The notes under the pieces were generated by a model. It searched no databases and was not told where the DNA came from. It was given only the letters and a program-made list of their open reading frames with translations. A program made the translations under genes and the position numbers. Below, piece after piece: positions 27,782 through 34,267 of a stretch of 64,000 nucleotides of DNA. Positions within the stretch are counted from its first letter, which is position 1; each line of letters begins with the position of its first letter. The stretch comes from a virus (Duplodnaviria; Caudoviricetes), in IMG/VR virus record IMGVR_UViG_3300042483_000388. The stretch is one strand, 5' to 3'.

Positions 27782-29059
27782 ATGAAAAATTTAATATTAG
27801 AAGAAGTAAATCGAATTAATTATCTATCAAAATACAACACTTTATTAACCTCAAAGGAAAATAAAAAATTTGGTATAATTGAACAAGCAACTTTTCTTAG
27901 AGACGCTTTGTCGGACAGGGAGATTTTTACGGCATTTAAAGATGAGGGAGCACTTTTAAGTAAATTAGGTGTACAAACTAAAGAACTTAAAAATTTAAAA
28001 ACAGCCGAAGAAATTGCTTCAGCAATTAAAGAGGGTAAATTATCCGTAACTGAATTAGGTAGGGTTAATGCGGCACTTTTTAAAGATACTAAAAACGCTA
28101 AACTTGGTTCAGTCTTAGCAAAAGACATTGCAGGTAGTGAGTCATTTGCTCTAAAATATGGGTCTAAAACCGAAAAGGAAGCTGTTAATTTACTTATGGG
28201 AAAAGGTTATAGTGAAGCTAAATCTAAACAACTTTTTAGAGAATTTAAAAATAGTAAGGATTTACAATACGCAAAAGACTTGGAGAATATAAAGAATACT
28301 GAGAATATAAAGAATACTGAGAATTTAAAGAACACAGAGAATATAAAGAATACCGAGAATATAAAGAATACCGAGAATATAAAGAATACCGAGAATATAA
28401 AGAATACCGAGAATATAAAAACAGTTGAGGATTTGAGGAAGATGGATGAATTAACGTCAATAGAAAATCTTAAATCCGCTGATAACCTTAAATCGGTAGA
28501 AAGTGAAATTGAAGCTTTAAAATCGGAAAAAATCCTTAGAGACGCTAAAGAAGAACTTAATGCGTTAAAGGACGCAAAACCTAATGTCGTATTAGATTGG
28601 TTTAGACAAAATAAGTTATTCAGATGGGTTAAAAGAGTTATTGGTTGGAAAACATTATTAACTATTGCGGCCGTATTAGGTGGTGGATATTTAATATGGT
28701 ACAATTGGTTTAAGGATAAGGGTATTAATGTTGAATGTCCTGAAGGTATGGTAAAAGACGAAAAAACTGGAGCATGTGTTAAAGGTGGTGGTGATTTAAT
28801 TGACCCTAATGATCCGGACGTTATAAATGAATTGGATCCATCTAAATTTATTGAATGTGATGATATTTATAAGTTTGGGTGTAAGTCGAAGGATGGAAGT
28901 ATTTCTAAAATACAAGATTGTTTGGGAATTAAAGTCACAGGATTATTTGGAAAACCAACTGAAGATGCATTATATAACAAAATAAACAAAAGAACATTTA
29001 CAAAAGATGATATTGATCGTATTTGTAAATGGAACGCACCTAACATAACAAGTATTTAA
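27782..29059 (+). CDS. Putative virion protein with ENIKNT repeats, TM helix and C-terminal peptidoglycan-binding-like domain
   Basis: TM LLTIAAVLGGGYLIWY; C-terminal ISKIQDCLGIKVTGLFGKPTEDAL resembles PG_binding_1. Confidence 0.6.
   Translation: MKNLILEEVNRINYLSKYNTLLTSKENKKFGIIEQATFLRDALSDREIFTAFKDEGALLSKLGVQTKELKNLKTAEEIASAIKEGKLSVTELGRVNAALFKDTKNAKLGSVLAKDIAGSESFALKYGSKTEKEAVNLLMGKGYSEAKSKQLFREFKNSKDLQYAKDLENIKNTENIKNTENLKNTENIKNTENIKNTENIKNTENIKNTENIKTVEDLRKMDELTSIENLKSADNLKSVESEIEALKSEKILRDAKEELNALKDAKPNVVLDWFRQNKLFRWVKRVIGWKTLLTIAAVLGGGYLIWYNWFKDKGINVECPEGMVKDEKTGACVKGGGDLIDPNDPDVINELDPSKFIECDDIYKFGCKSKDGSISKIQDCLGIKVTGLFGKPTEDALYNKINKRTFTKDDIDRICKWNAPNITSI
28283..28426 (+). repeat. 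18-bp coding tandem repeat (ENIKNT x7 plus one variant)
   Basis: GAGAATATAAAGAATAC(C/T)-type units at 28283, 28301, 28319, 28337, 28355, 28373, 28391 and 28409. Confidence 0.95.
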
Positions 29060-29071
29060 AATAAAATAAAA

Positions 29072-30232
29072 ATGAACATATCAAGAATTATAAAAAACAT
29101 TTTACTGGAAGAAGAAACTTTTAACACGGAAGGATTAAACTACCAAGACCAATATAAAGTGTTGGAAAAGGGTTTAGCAAATTGTCCTTCATTAAAAAAT
29201 TGGGTACCAGATGCTAACAAGAAAATTAAAGAATTACCGGCAACTAGTGCTATTTATTTTCCGGAATTAAACGCCCCTGCAGGTCCTATCTTCTATGTTT
29301 CCGCCCCTTATCAGGATGGAAATGAAAAAGGTAAGATCGCATTATTTGGTCTAACATTTAAAGAAGGTTCAGGTAGTGAGGGTAGAACTTTTAAAGCATA
29401 TACTATATCAACAGAAGGTGTGATTAGTATTGTCGCTAAAGGTTGGGGTCGTACATGTGAATACTTTAAAGAAACTAAACAATTAGGTGTGGGAACTTTA
29501 ACTGCGGCACAAAAAACTAATTTAGATACTTATATGGCTGCAATGGGAGACGCCGCTTCACTTTTCAAACCAACAACAGGCGAATACGTACAAACACCAT
29601 ACACATCACTTAAAAATACAAAGGGTGAACTTGTTTTACCTGATTATACTGGTGATGGGTATATTTGGGTTCAAAAAGATATGGTTAATAAATTTACTAA
29701 AGGTGTGGTAAAAGAAATTGAACCTTTATTAAACGCCCAAGGATTCACAACAGATTTTCCTGGATCTGGAACAGATGAAGGTAATTTCGGTTTCCTTTTT
29801 AAGGATATACAGTCGGACTTACCTCAATTACCCCAATTAAAAGCTATGGATGGTAATACAATGATTTGGCCAACCAGCGTAGCAACACCCGATAAAAACG
29901 TTTGTAGAACAGCAATTAAAACACTTAGTGATTGTGCAAATTCAAGTGTTGCGGCCGCTGGATGTACGGCAAACTTATTTAAGAATAAATTAACCGCTTT
30001 ATTATGTGCCGATAGAAAGTTTGTTGGTGGTATATTTGGGTTAAAAGATGAATATGAGGATCTTGCGGCAGATAATGTTAAAAATAGAAAATTTGGTCTT
30101 TTAAAGTTAATTCGCGGAAGAGACAGAGGTGTAGACCCTGAAGCTAATAAGGCACCTACCACCGTTAGAGAAAATATTAGAAAAAGAGTATTTAATATTT
30201 TATCTGAAGAAATAAGAAAAAAAAATAGATAA
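29072..30232 (+). CDS. Putative virion protein (MNISRIIKNILLE leader)
   Basis: ORF track; ends VRENIRKRVFNILSEEIRKK. Confidence 0.7.
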   Translation: MNISRIIKNILLEEETFNTEGLNYQDQYKVLEKGLANCPSLKNWVPDANKKIKELPATSAIYFPELNAPAGPIFYVSAPYQDGNEKGKIALFGLTFKEGSGSEGRTFKAYTISTEGVISIVAKGWGRTCEYFKETKQLGVGTLTAAQKTNLDTYMAAMGDAASLFKPTTGEYVQTPYTSLKNTKGELVLPDYTGDGYIWVQKDMVNKFTKGVVKEIEPLLNAQGFTTDFPGSGTDEGNFGFLFKDIQSDLPQLPQLKAMDGNTMIWPTSVATPDKNVCRTAIKTLSDCANSSVAAAGCTANLFKNKLTALLCADRKFVGGIFGLKDEYEDLAADNVKNRKFGLLKLIRGRDRGVDPEANKAPTTVRENIRKRVFNILSEEIRKKNR

Positions 30233-30294
30233 AAGTTTTTTGGTTTGGATTAAATTAGTATATTTGTAGAAGTATTCACAACTAATAAACTTAT

Positions 30295-31035
30295 ATGAAA
30301 AATCTATTAAACTCTGCTGTCACCATTTTAATTATATTAATAGTTGGTTTTTGCCTTTTAGGTAAACCCCAAAAACTCCATGTTATTAAATCCTTAGAGG
30401 TTTTATTAAACACAAAAGAGGATCAATTAAAAGAATTAGTATTTAACAACAACGTTGGGTCAGGTGGTGAACCATCCTCAAAAACTAACGAATCATCATC
30501 CAATCATTCGGAAGAAGCCAAAACATATTTTAAGGAGATTGCCCTTGGAAATGAGTTTAATGATAATGTTTCATCAGAACCATATCGTTGGAATAAGGAC
30601 ATGAAAATCTATTATTATGGTAACTGTTCTGATGTAATGGTGTCAGAACTTCGTAGAGTTGTCGGAGAACTAAACGACATTATCAACCCTATAAATATTG
30701 ATATTGTATCAACTCGTAGTGAGGCTAACTTTGTTATTTATTTTGGATCTTACCTGAATTTTGGTCAAGCAAATTCTAGTCTTAATATGGAACATTTAAA
30801 GAATAATTGGGGTTACTTTCAACTATTTCCAGATAGAGGTATAATGTACGTTGATGTTCTTCGTTGTGATGACTTGGATGGTCAAAAGCACTTACTTCGT
30901 GAGGAGTTAACACAATCATTGGGTTTATGTAATGACTCTTGGAAATATAAAAATAGTATTTTCTACCAAGGTTGGACTACAACCACAGAATTTGCCCCTA
31001 TTGATCGTGAATTGATTGACATGTTGTATAATTAA
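30295..31035 (+). CDS. DUF2927-like exported protein
   Basis: N-terminal hydrophobic segment; RWNKDMKIY...HLLREELTQSLGLCNDS...SIFYQ...ELIDMLYN. Confidence 0.7.
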   Translation: MKNLLNSAVTILIILIVGFCLLGKPQKLHVIKSLEVLLNTKEDQLKELVFNNNVGSGGEPSSKTNESSSNHSEEAKTYFKEIALGNEFNDNVSSEPYRWNKDMKIYYYGNCSDVMVSELRRVVGELNDIINPINIDIVSTRSEANFVIYFGSYLNFGQANSSLNMEHLKNNWGYFQLFPDRGIMYVDVLRCDDLDGQKHLLREELTQSLGLCNDSWKYKNSIFYQGWTTTTEFAPIDRELIDMLYN

Positions 31036-31049
31036 TATTATTATTGGGT

Positions 31050-31226
31050 ATGTATGTTATAATTAAACACGTTAAAGTAGGAGAGACCATGAAATTACCT
31101 GTAATTATGTTGGACTCACAATCTGAAGTATTGGAATACGATAATAAGGATAAAGCCCAAGAGATGGTAAACATTCTAAACACCAATTCTGATTCTGGTC
31201 ATAAGTACGAACTTAAGAAAGTATAA
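31050..31226 (+). CDS. Small hypothetical protein
   Basis: Probable start ATG 31050. Confidence 0.6.
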   Translation: MYVIIKHVKVGETMKLPVIMLDSQSEVLEYDNKDKAQEMVNILNTNSDSGHKYELKKV

Positions 31227-31231
31227 AATTA

Positions 31232-31305
31232 GGTCCTGTAGCTCAACTGAACAGAGCATTGCCCTTCTAAGGCAACGGTTGAAAGTTTGACTCTTTCCGG
31301 GATCA
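31232..31305 (+). tRNA. trnR: tRNA-Arg(TCT)
   Basis: Acceptor GGTCCTG/CGGGATC; D stem GCTC/GAGC; anticodon arm TTGCC-CTTCTAA-GGCAA; T arm GAAAG-TTTGACT-CTTTC; no encoded CCA. Confidence 0.88.
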
Positions 31306-31319
31306 CAAAAACAAAAACA

Positions 31320-31430
31320 ATGGATGAAATATTAGAATCGATGCATGAAGAGTTTATTAACTCCGAAGAGTATATCGTATTATTACGGAGATTAATAGAC
31401 GAAGAAGAAGAAAGATATTTAACAAAATAA
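31320..31430 (+). CDS. 36-aa acidic peptide
   Basis: Hand translation: MDEILESMHEEFINSEEYIVLLRRLIDEEEERYLTK*. Confidence 0.45.
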   Translation: MDEILESMHEEFINSEEYIVLLRRLIDEEEERYLTK

Positions 31431-31500
31431 GTTGTGTAGCTCAGTTGGTTAGAGCAATCCGATTTCGGATGTGTCGCAGGTTTGAGTCCCGCCACAACTT
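31430..31500 (+). ncRNA. tRNA-like RNA with collapsed (4-nt) anticodon loop
   Basis: Acceptor AGTTGTG/CACAACT; D arm GCTC-AGTTGGTTA-GAGC; ATCCG-ATTT-CGGAT; T arm GCAGG-TTTGAGT-CCCGC. Confidence 0.75.
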
Positions 31501-31569
31501 TTTATTAAAAAGGTATTGAATTTTTTCAATACCTTTTTTTTATCTTGAATTTTTTTGTATCTTTACAGT

Positions 31570-32073
31570 ATGAAAAACGAACTACCATACGAAGCTACAG
31601 GAAATGCAATCAAAGGATATACTGAATCTGCAATTGCTAAAGGTGAAACAAATGACTGTGTTGTAAGAGCATTTGCATCTTGTTTTGACTTACCATATGA
31701 CAAATCTCATAAGTTTGTCAAAGAGAAATTTGGTCGTAAAGATAGAAACGGAACTTATGGAACGGTTTTTAAGATGGGAGAGTTAGCGTCAACTAGATCC
31801 CAAATTAACTATAAAAAAGTTAAACCAATCGGCACACCTAAAACTATTGGTAGTCACAAAATTCACACTTTAGAATATGAGGTAATTGTTAAGGGTTGTA
31901 AGACTATGAGACAAATGACCGTAGGGACTTTCACAAAACAAAACCCTGTTGGGACATTCTTCATACTTGTTTCAAGACATGCATTTACAATCAAAGATGG
32001 TGTTGTGATCGGTAATTTGGAGGACTCAAAAAAACTTAAACGTATTATAAAATCTGCATTCGAGATAAAATAA
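31570..32073 (+). CDS. Conserved phage protein (NDCVVRA...H; possible Cys-protease-like fold)
   Basis: ETNDCVVRAFA...LVSRHAFTIKDG; probable start ATG 31570. Confidence 0.6.
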   Translation: MKNELPYEATGNAIKGYTESAIAKGETNDCVVRAFASCFDLPYDKSHKFVKEKFGRKDRNGTYGTVFKMGELASTRSQINYKKVKPIGTPKTIGSHKIHTLEYEVIVKGCKTMRQMTVGTFTKQNPVGTFFILVSRHAFTIKDGVVIGNLEDSKKLKRIIKSAFEIK

Positions 32074-32095
32074 ATTAAAAATATTTTACAAAGTG

Positions 32096-32127
32096 TTTGG
32101 CAAATCAAAAGTGATTATATATCTTTG
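32096..32127 (+). promoter_or_regulatory. Bacteroidota-type promoter
   Basis: TTTG 32096-32099, 20-nt spacer, TATCTTTG 32120-32127. Confidence 0.75.
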
Positions 32128-32131
32128 TAAT

Positions 32132-32332
32132 ATGGAAATAACAATTAACATACCCGATGGAGTTCTGAATAGATTGAAAGAACTTGAAATTACAGACGAA
32201 AATATTCAAAAAGAAGTTCTAATTGATTTTATAAAAGATTCTTTGGATACAGATTACTTAAACGGTATGTCCGATAAATTCAGAAAATGGACATTAAATA
32301 AAGAAAATATTAAAGTTTATTTGGCAGATTGA
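32132..32332 (+). CDS. Small hypothetical protein
   Basis: Start MEITINIP directly after the promoter. Confidence 0.6.
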   Translation: MEITINIPDGVLNRLKELEITDENIQKEVLIDFIKDSLDTDYLNGMSDKFRKWTLNKENIKVYLAD

Positions 32333-32425
32333 AATAAAATTCATAGATTTGTAAGAGAAACAACGGGGGTAGGAAGTGAGAGGTTGGTGTCCTACTCCCG
32401 TGAAGAAAGAAGAAGTTCATTGAAA
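32320..32425 (+). promoter_or_regulatory. Promoter plus hairpin and boxA-like leader of the tRNA operon
   Basis: TTTG 32320-32323, 20 nt, TAGATTTG 32344-32351; 11-bp hairpin 32364-32400; GTTCATTGAAA 32415-32425. Confidence 0.65.
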
Positions 32426-32433
32426 TTAAAATA

Positions 32434-32526
32434 TTGTGGTGGTAAGAAACGGGAAACTCGTAAAGTGCATTAACCTGTTGACATAAGATGGTGAAACGAG
32501 AGTGTGTGTCAGCTACTTAACTACAA
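32434..32526 (+). ncRNA. Unassigned structured RNA
   Basis: Closing stem TTGTGGT/ACTACAA; hairpin ACGGG-AAA-CTCGT; 9-bp stem GTTGACATA/TGTGTCAGC. Confidence 0.45.
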
Positions 32527-32532
32527 ATAAAT

Positions 32533-32606
32533 GGTGTGTGTAGCTCAATCGGAAGAGTGTCGGTTTGTGGAACCGAAGGTAGTGGGATCGTAACCCACCA
32601 TTCGCC
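32533..32606 (+). tRNA. trnH: tRNA-His(GTG)
   Basis: G-1:C73; anticodon arm TCGGT-TTGTGGA-ACCGA; T arm GTGGG-ATCGTAA-CCCAC. Confidence 0.85.
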
Positions 32607-32618
32607 CAAAAAGCACAC

Positions 32619-32691
32619 ACGTCTGTAGCTCCAACGGTAGAGCATTGGTTTCCAAAACCAAGTGTTGGTGGTTCGAATCCATCCAGGCGTG
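32619..32691 (+). tRNA. trnW: tRNA-Trp(CCA)
   Basis: Acceptor ACGTCTG/CAGGCGT; TTGGT-TTCCAAA-ACCAA; T loop TTCGAAT. Confidence 0.92.
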
Positions 32692-32766
32692 CTAATAAGG
32701 AAGTATATGAGAGTCCTGAATTGTACACAAAATATCCCTATTGACATCTCGGAAAGACGAGGACAT

Positions 32767-32840
32767 AGTTAATTATCTCAGTTGGTTAGAGCGATTCCCT
32801 GATACGGAATAGGTCATTGGTTCGAGTCCAGTATTAACTA
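32767..32840 (+). tRNA. trnI: tRNA-Ile(GAT)
   Basis: Acceptor AGTTAAT/ATTAACT; ATTCC-CTGATAC-GGAAT; T loop TTCGAGT. Confidence 0.9.
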
Positions 32841-32845
32841 CATAT

Positions 32846-32918
32846 CGCGGGATGTGGAAATTGGTCATCCGCTCGGTCTCATAAGCCGAGATTACAGGTT
32901 CGAGCCCTGTTCCCGCAA
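32846..32918 (+). tRNA. trnfM: Initiator-type tRNA-Met(CAT)
   Basis: C1xA72 mismatch (CGCGGGA/TCCCGCA); TCGGT-CTCATAA-GCCGA; only two of the three initiator G-C pairs in the anticodon stem. Confidence 0.85.
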
Positions 32919-32922
32919 CTAA

Positions 32923-33023
32923 GTGTTGTTCCTGTGAGAAGGGAATGGAATAGTCAGGTGGGTATATAAACTTTACAATGGGTTATATTCACATTTGCAC
33001 AACACAGAGGACTTCTCACCCTC
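32923..33023 (+). ncRNA. Unassigned structured RNA with predicted kissing loop
   Basis: P1 GTGTTGT/ACAACAC; P2 TCCT/GGGA with loop GTGAGAA; P3 GTGGGTATA/TATATTCAC; 3' hairpin GAGG/CCTC with loop ACTTCTCAC complementary to the P2 loop. Confidence 0.6.
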
Positions 33024-33027
33024 AAAT

Positions 33028-33097
33028 AGTCAGGGGGCGTGTAGGAGAACGCAACCGATCATAAGGGAGAGAATAGGTTCGAATCCTGTCCTGACTA
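33028..33097 (+). ncRNA. tRNA-like RNA (AGTCAGG shell) with unpaired anticodon arm containing CAT
   Basis: Acceptor AGTCAGG/CCTGACT; D stem GCGT/ACGC; T arm ATAGG-TTCGAAT-CCTGT; anticodon stem cannot form. Confidence 0.7.
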
Positions 33098-33112
33098 CTA
33101 ACAGAAAAGAAT

Positions 33113-33241
33113 ATGAAAAATAAAAGAATGTTAATTAAAGTGGACCTATTAGGTTGTAAAAACATGAAAGAAGCTTGTAGAGTTGTAGATTATCTCAGAG
33201 ATGGTAAAATTAAATTATCCGTTGAAAAAATAAAGAAATGA
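33113..33241 (+). CDS. 42-aa hypothetical peptide
   Basis: Hand translation: MKNKRMLIKVDLLGCKNMKEACRVVDYLRDGKIKLSVEKIKK*; ATGA overlap with the next gene. Confidence 0.5.
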   Translation: MKNKRMLIKVDLLGCKNMKEACRVVDYLRDGKIKLSVEKIKK

Positions 33242-33441
33242 TAAAGTGTGTTGACAGGGGGATATGGACTTGTATTAGTAATTCAGGTGTGTTAAAAAAA
33301 TCGTATGACAATTCTGATGCCGCAATTAGTGCTGCAAAATTAGTTAATAAATACGACCCAAAAGAAACAACAAAGTTAGTTGCGTACAAATGTACACATT
33401 GTCACAAATATCATTTATTAACGGTTAATAAAAAAAATTAA
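33238..33441 (+). CDS. Small putative zinc-binding protein
   Basis: AYKCTHCHKYHL (CxxC..H) plus an N-terminal Cys. Confidence 0.65.
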   Translation: MIKCVDRGIWTCISNSGVLKKSYDNSDAAISAAKLVNKYDPKETTKLVAYKCTHCHKYHLLTVNKKN

Positions 33442-33448
33442 ATAATAT

Positions 33449-33602
33449 AGTCAGGTGGTGGAATGTTAGACACATAGTGACACGCACGGCAACCTTGAAT
33501 AAGTGCACTTTGAAAAGGCAATGCGAATGATGAAGAACACTACCTCACTGTGCGTAGGTAAAATTCAAAGTGTTCATACAGGTTAGAATCCTGTCCTGAC
33601 TA
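33449..33602 (+). ncRNA. tRNA-shell RNA with ~100-nt structured insert replacing the anticodon arm
   Basis: Acceptor AGTCAGG/CCTGACT-A; D-like arm GTGGAATGTTAGACAC; T arm ACAGG-TTAGAAT-CCTGT; internal pairings listed under findings. Confidence 0.72.
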
Positions 33603-33674
33603 CAAAGGGGTAGAATATTAGTAAGGGCCTTTCCTGAAAGATGGCTAGCTAGGCCCGTGTCTACCCTTATTTTT

Positions 33675-33746
33675 GGTCCCATCGACTATCGGTTAGGTCG
33701 TCAGGTTTTCATCCTGGAAAGTCGGGTTCGATTCCCGGTGGGACTA
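33675..33746 (+). tRNA. trnE: tRNA-Glu(TTC)
   Basis: Acceptor GGTCCCA/TGGGACT; TCAGG-TTTTCAT-CCTGG; T loop TTCGATT. Confidence 0.92.
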
Positions 33747-33826
33747 CTATAGCTAACCAAGCTTTACTACGATACGGGTTCATACCTGTGGGTTAGGGGT
33801 GACGATCAGGAAAGACTGATAAAGTT

Positions 33827-33899
33827 GGTCCCGTGGTTGAATGGTTACAATTCCACCCTGTCACGGTGCGAGATACGGGTTCGAATCCCGTCGGGACCG
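33827..33899 (+). tRNA. trnD: tRNA-Asp(GTC)
   Basis: Acceptor GGTCCCG/CGGGACC; CACC-CTGTCAC-GGTG; T arm ACGGG-TTCGAAT-CCCGT. Confidence 0.92.
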
Positions 33900-33925
33900 C
33901 AAAACATTTTAAAAAAATAACTATT

Positions 33926-34195
33926 ATGAAAAAATTTGAAGATTTAGAGTTTGAAAAAATTGAAGACGCACCATTCCAAATTGGTGTGAAGTGTCGAATG
34001 GTGTTTGAAAATGGATACGGTGTATCTGTTGTTTCTCACACACATTCATATGGCGGAAGGAAAGGTTTGTTTGAAGTTGCCGTTTTGGGTAAAGACGGTG
34101 ATATAACCTACGACACTCCTGTGACAAACGATGTGATTGGGTACTTGAATCCTGACGATGTTACTGACATTATGAAACAAGTTCAAGAATTATAA
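33926..34195 (+). CDS. Conserved small phage protein (FENGYGVSVV...GLFEVAVL)
   Basis: Probable start ATG 33926; the track extension overlaps tRNA-Asp. Confidence 0.7.
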   Translation: MKKFEDLEFEKIEDAPFQIGVKCRMVFENGYGVSVVSHTHSYGGRKGLFEVAVLGKDGDITYDTPVTNDVIGYLNPDDVTDIMKQVQEL

Positions 34196-34202
34196 AAAAA
34201 GA

Positions 34203-34233
34203 TTTGGTAGTTTAAATAAATTACCTATATTTG
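34203..34233 (+). promoter_or_regulatory. Bacteroidota-type promoter
   Basis: TTTG 34203-34206, 19-nt spacer, TATATTTG 34226-34233. Confidence 0.72.
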
Positions 34234-34267
34234 TATGAGTATTAACTAAATTAAAAAAAAAAGAAAA

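Noticed and set aside
28283-28426. Possible CRISPR array (also considered for 36889-36993 and 47186-47347)
   Set aside because: Repeats are contiguous with no unique spacers and are in-frame coding. No CRISPR array or cas gene was seen in the window.
28207-28704. Minus-strand ORFs with VFFIFS and YSRYSL repeats
   Set aside because: Antisense shadows of the ENIKNT 18-bp coding repeat; no independent start signals.
31229-32747. Minus-strand ORFs 31229-31495, 32513-32728 and 32517-32747
   Set aside because: Antisense translations of tRNA genes.
32923-33023. Canonical HDV-like (theta) ribozyme after tRNA-fMet
   Set aside because: About 60 nt lie between the P2 5' strand and P1 3' strand, and the junction before the last pairing (AGAGGA) has no catalytic C. 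Kept as an unassigned structured RNA.
33833-33925. N-terminal extension of the 33833-34195 ORF
   Set aside because: It is the tRNA-Asp sequence read as protein; ATG 33926 has the normal A-rich context.
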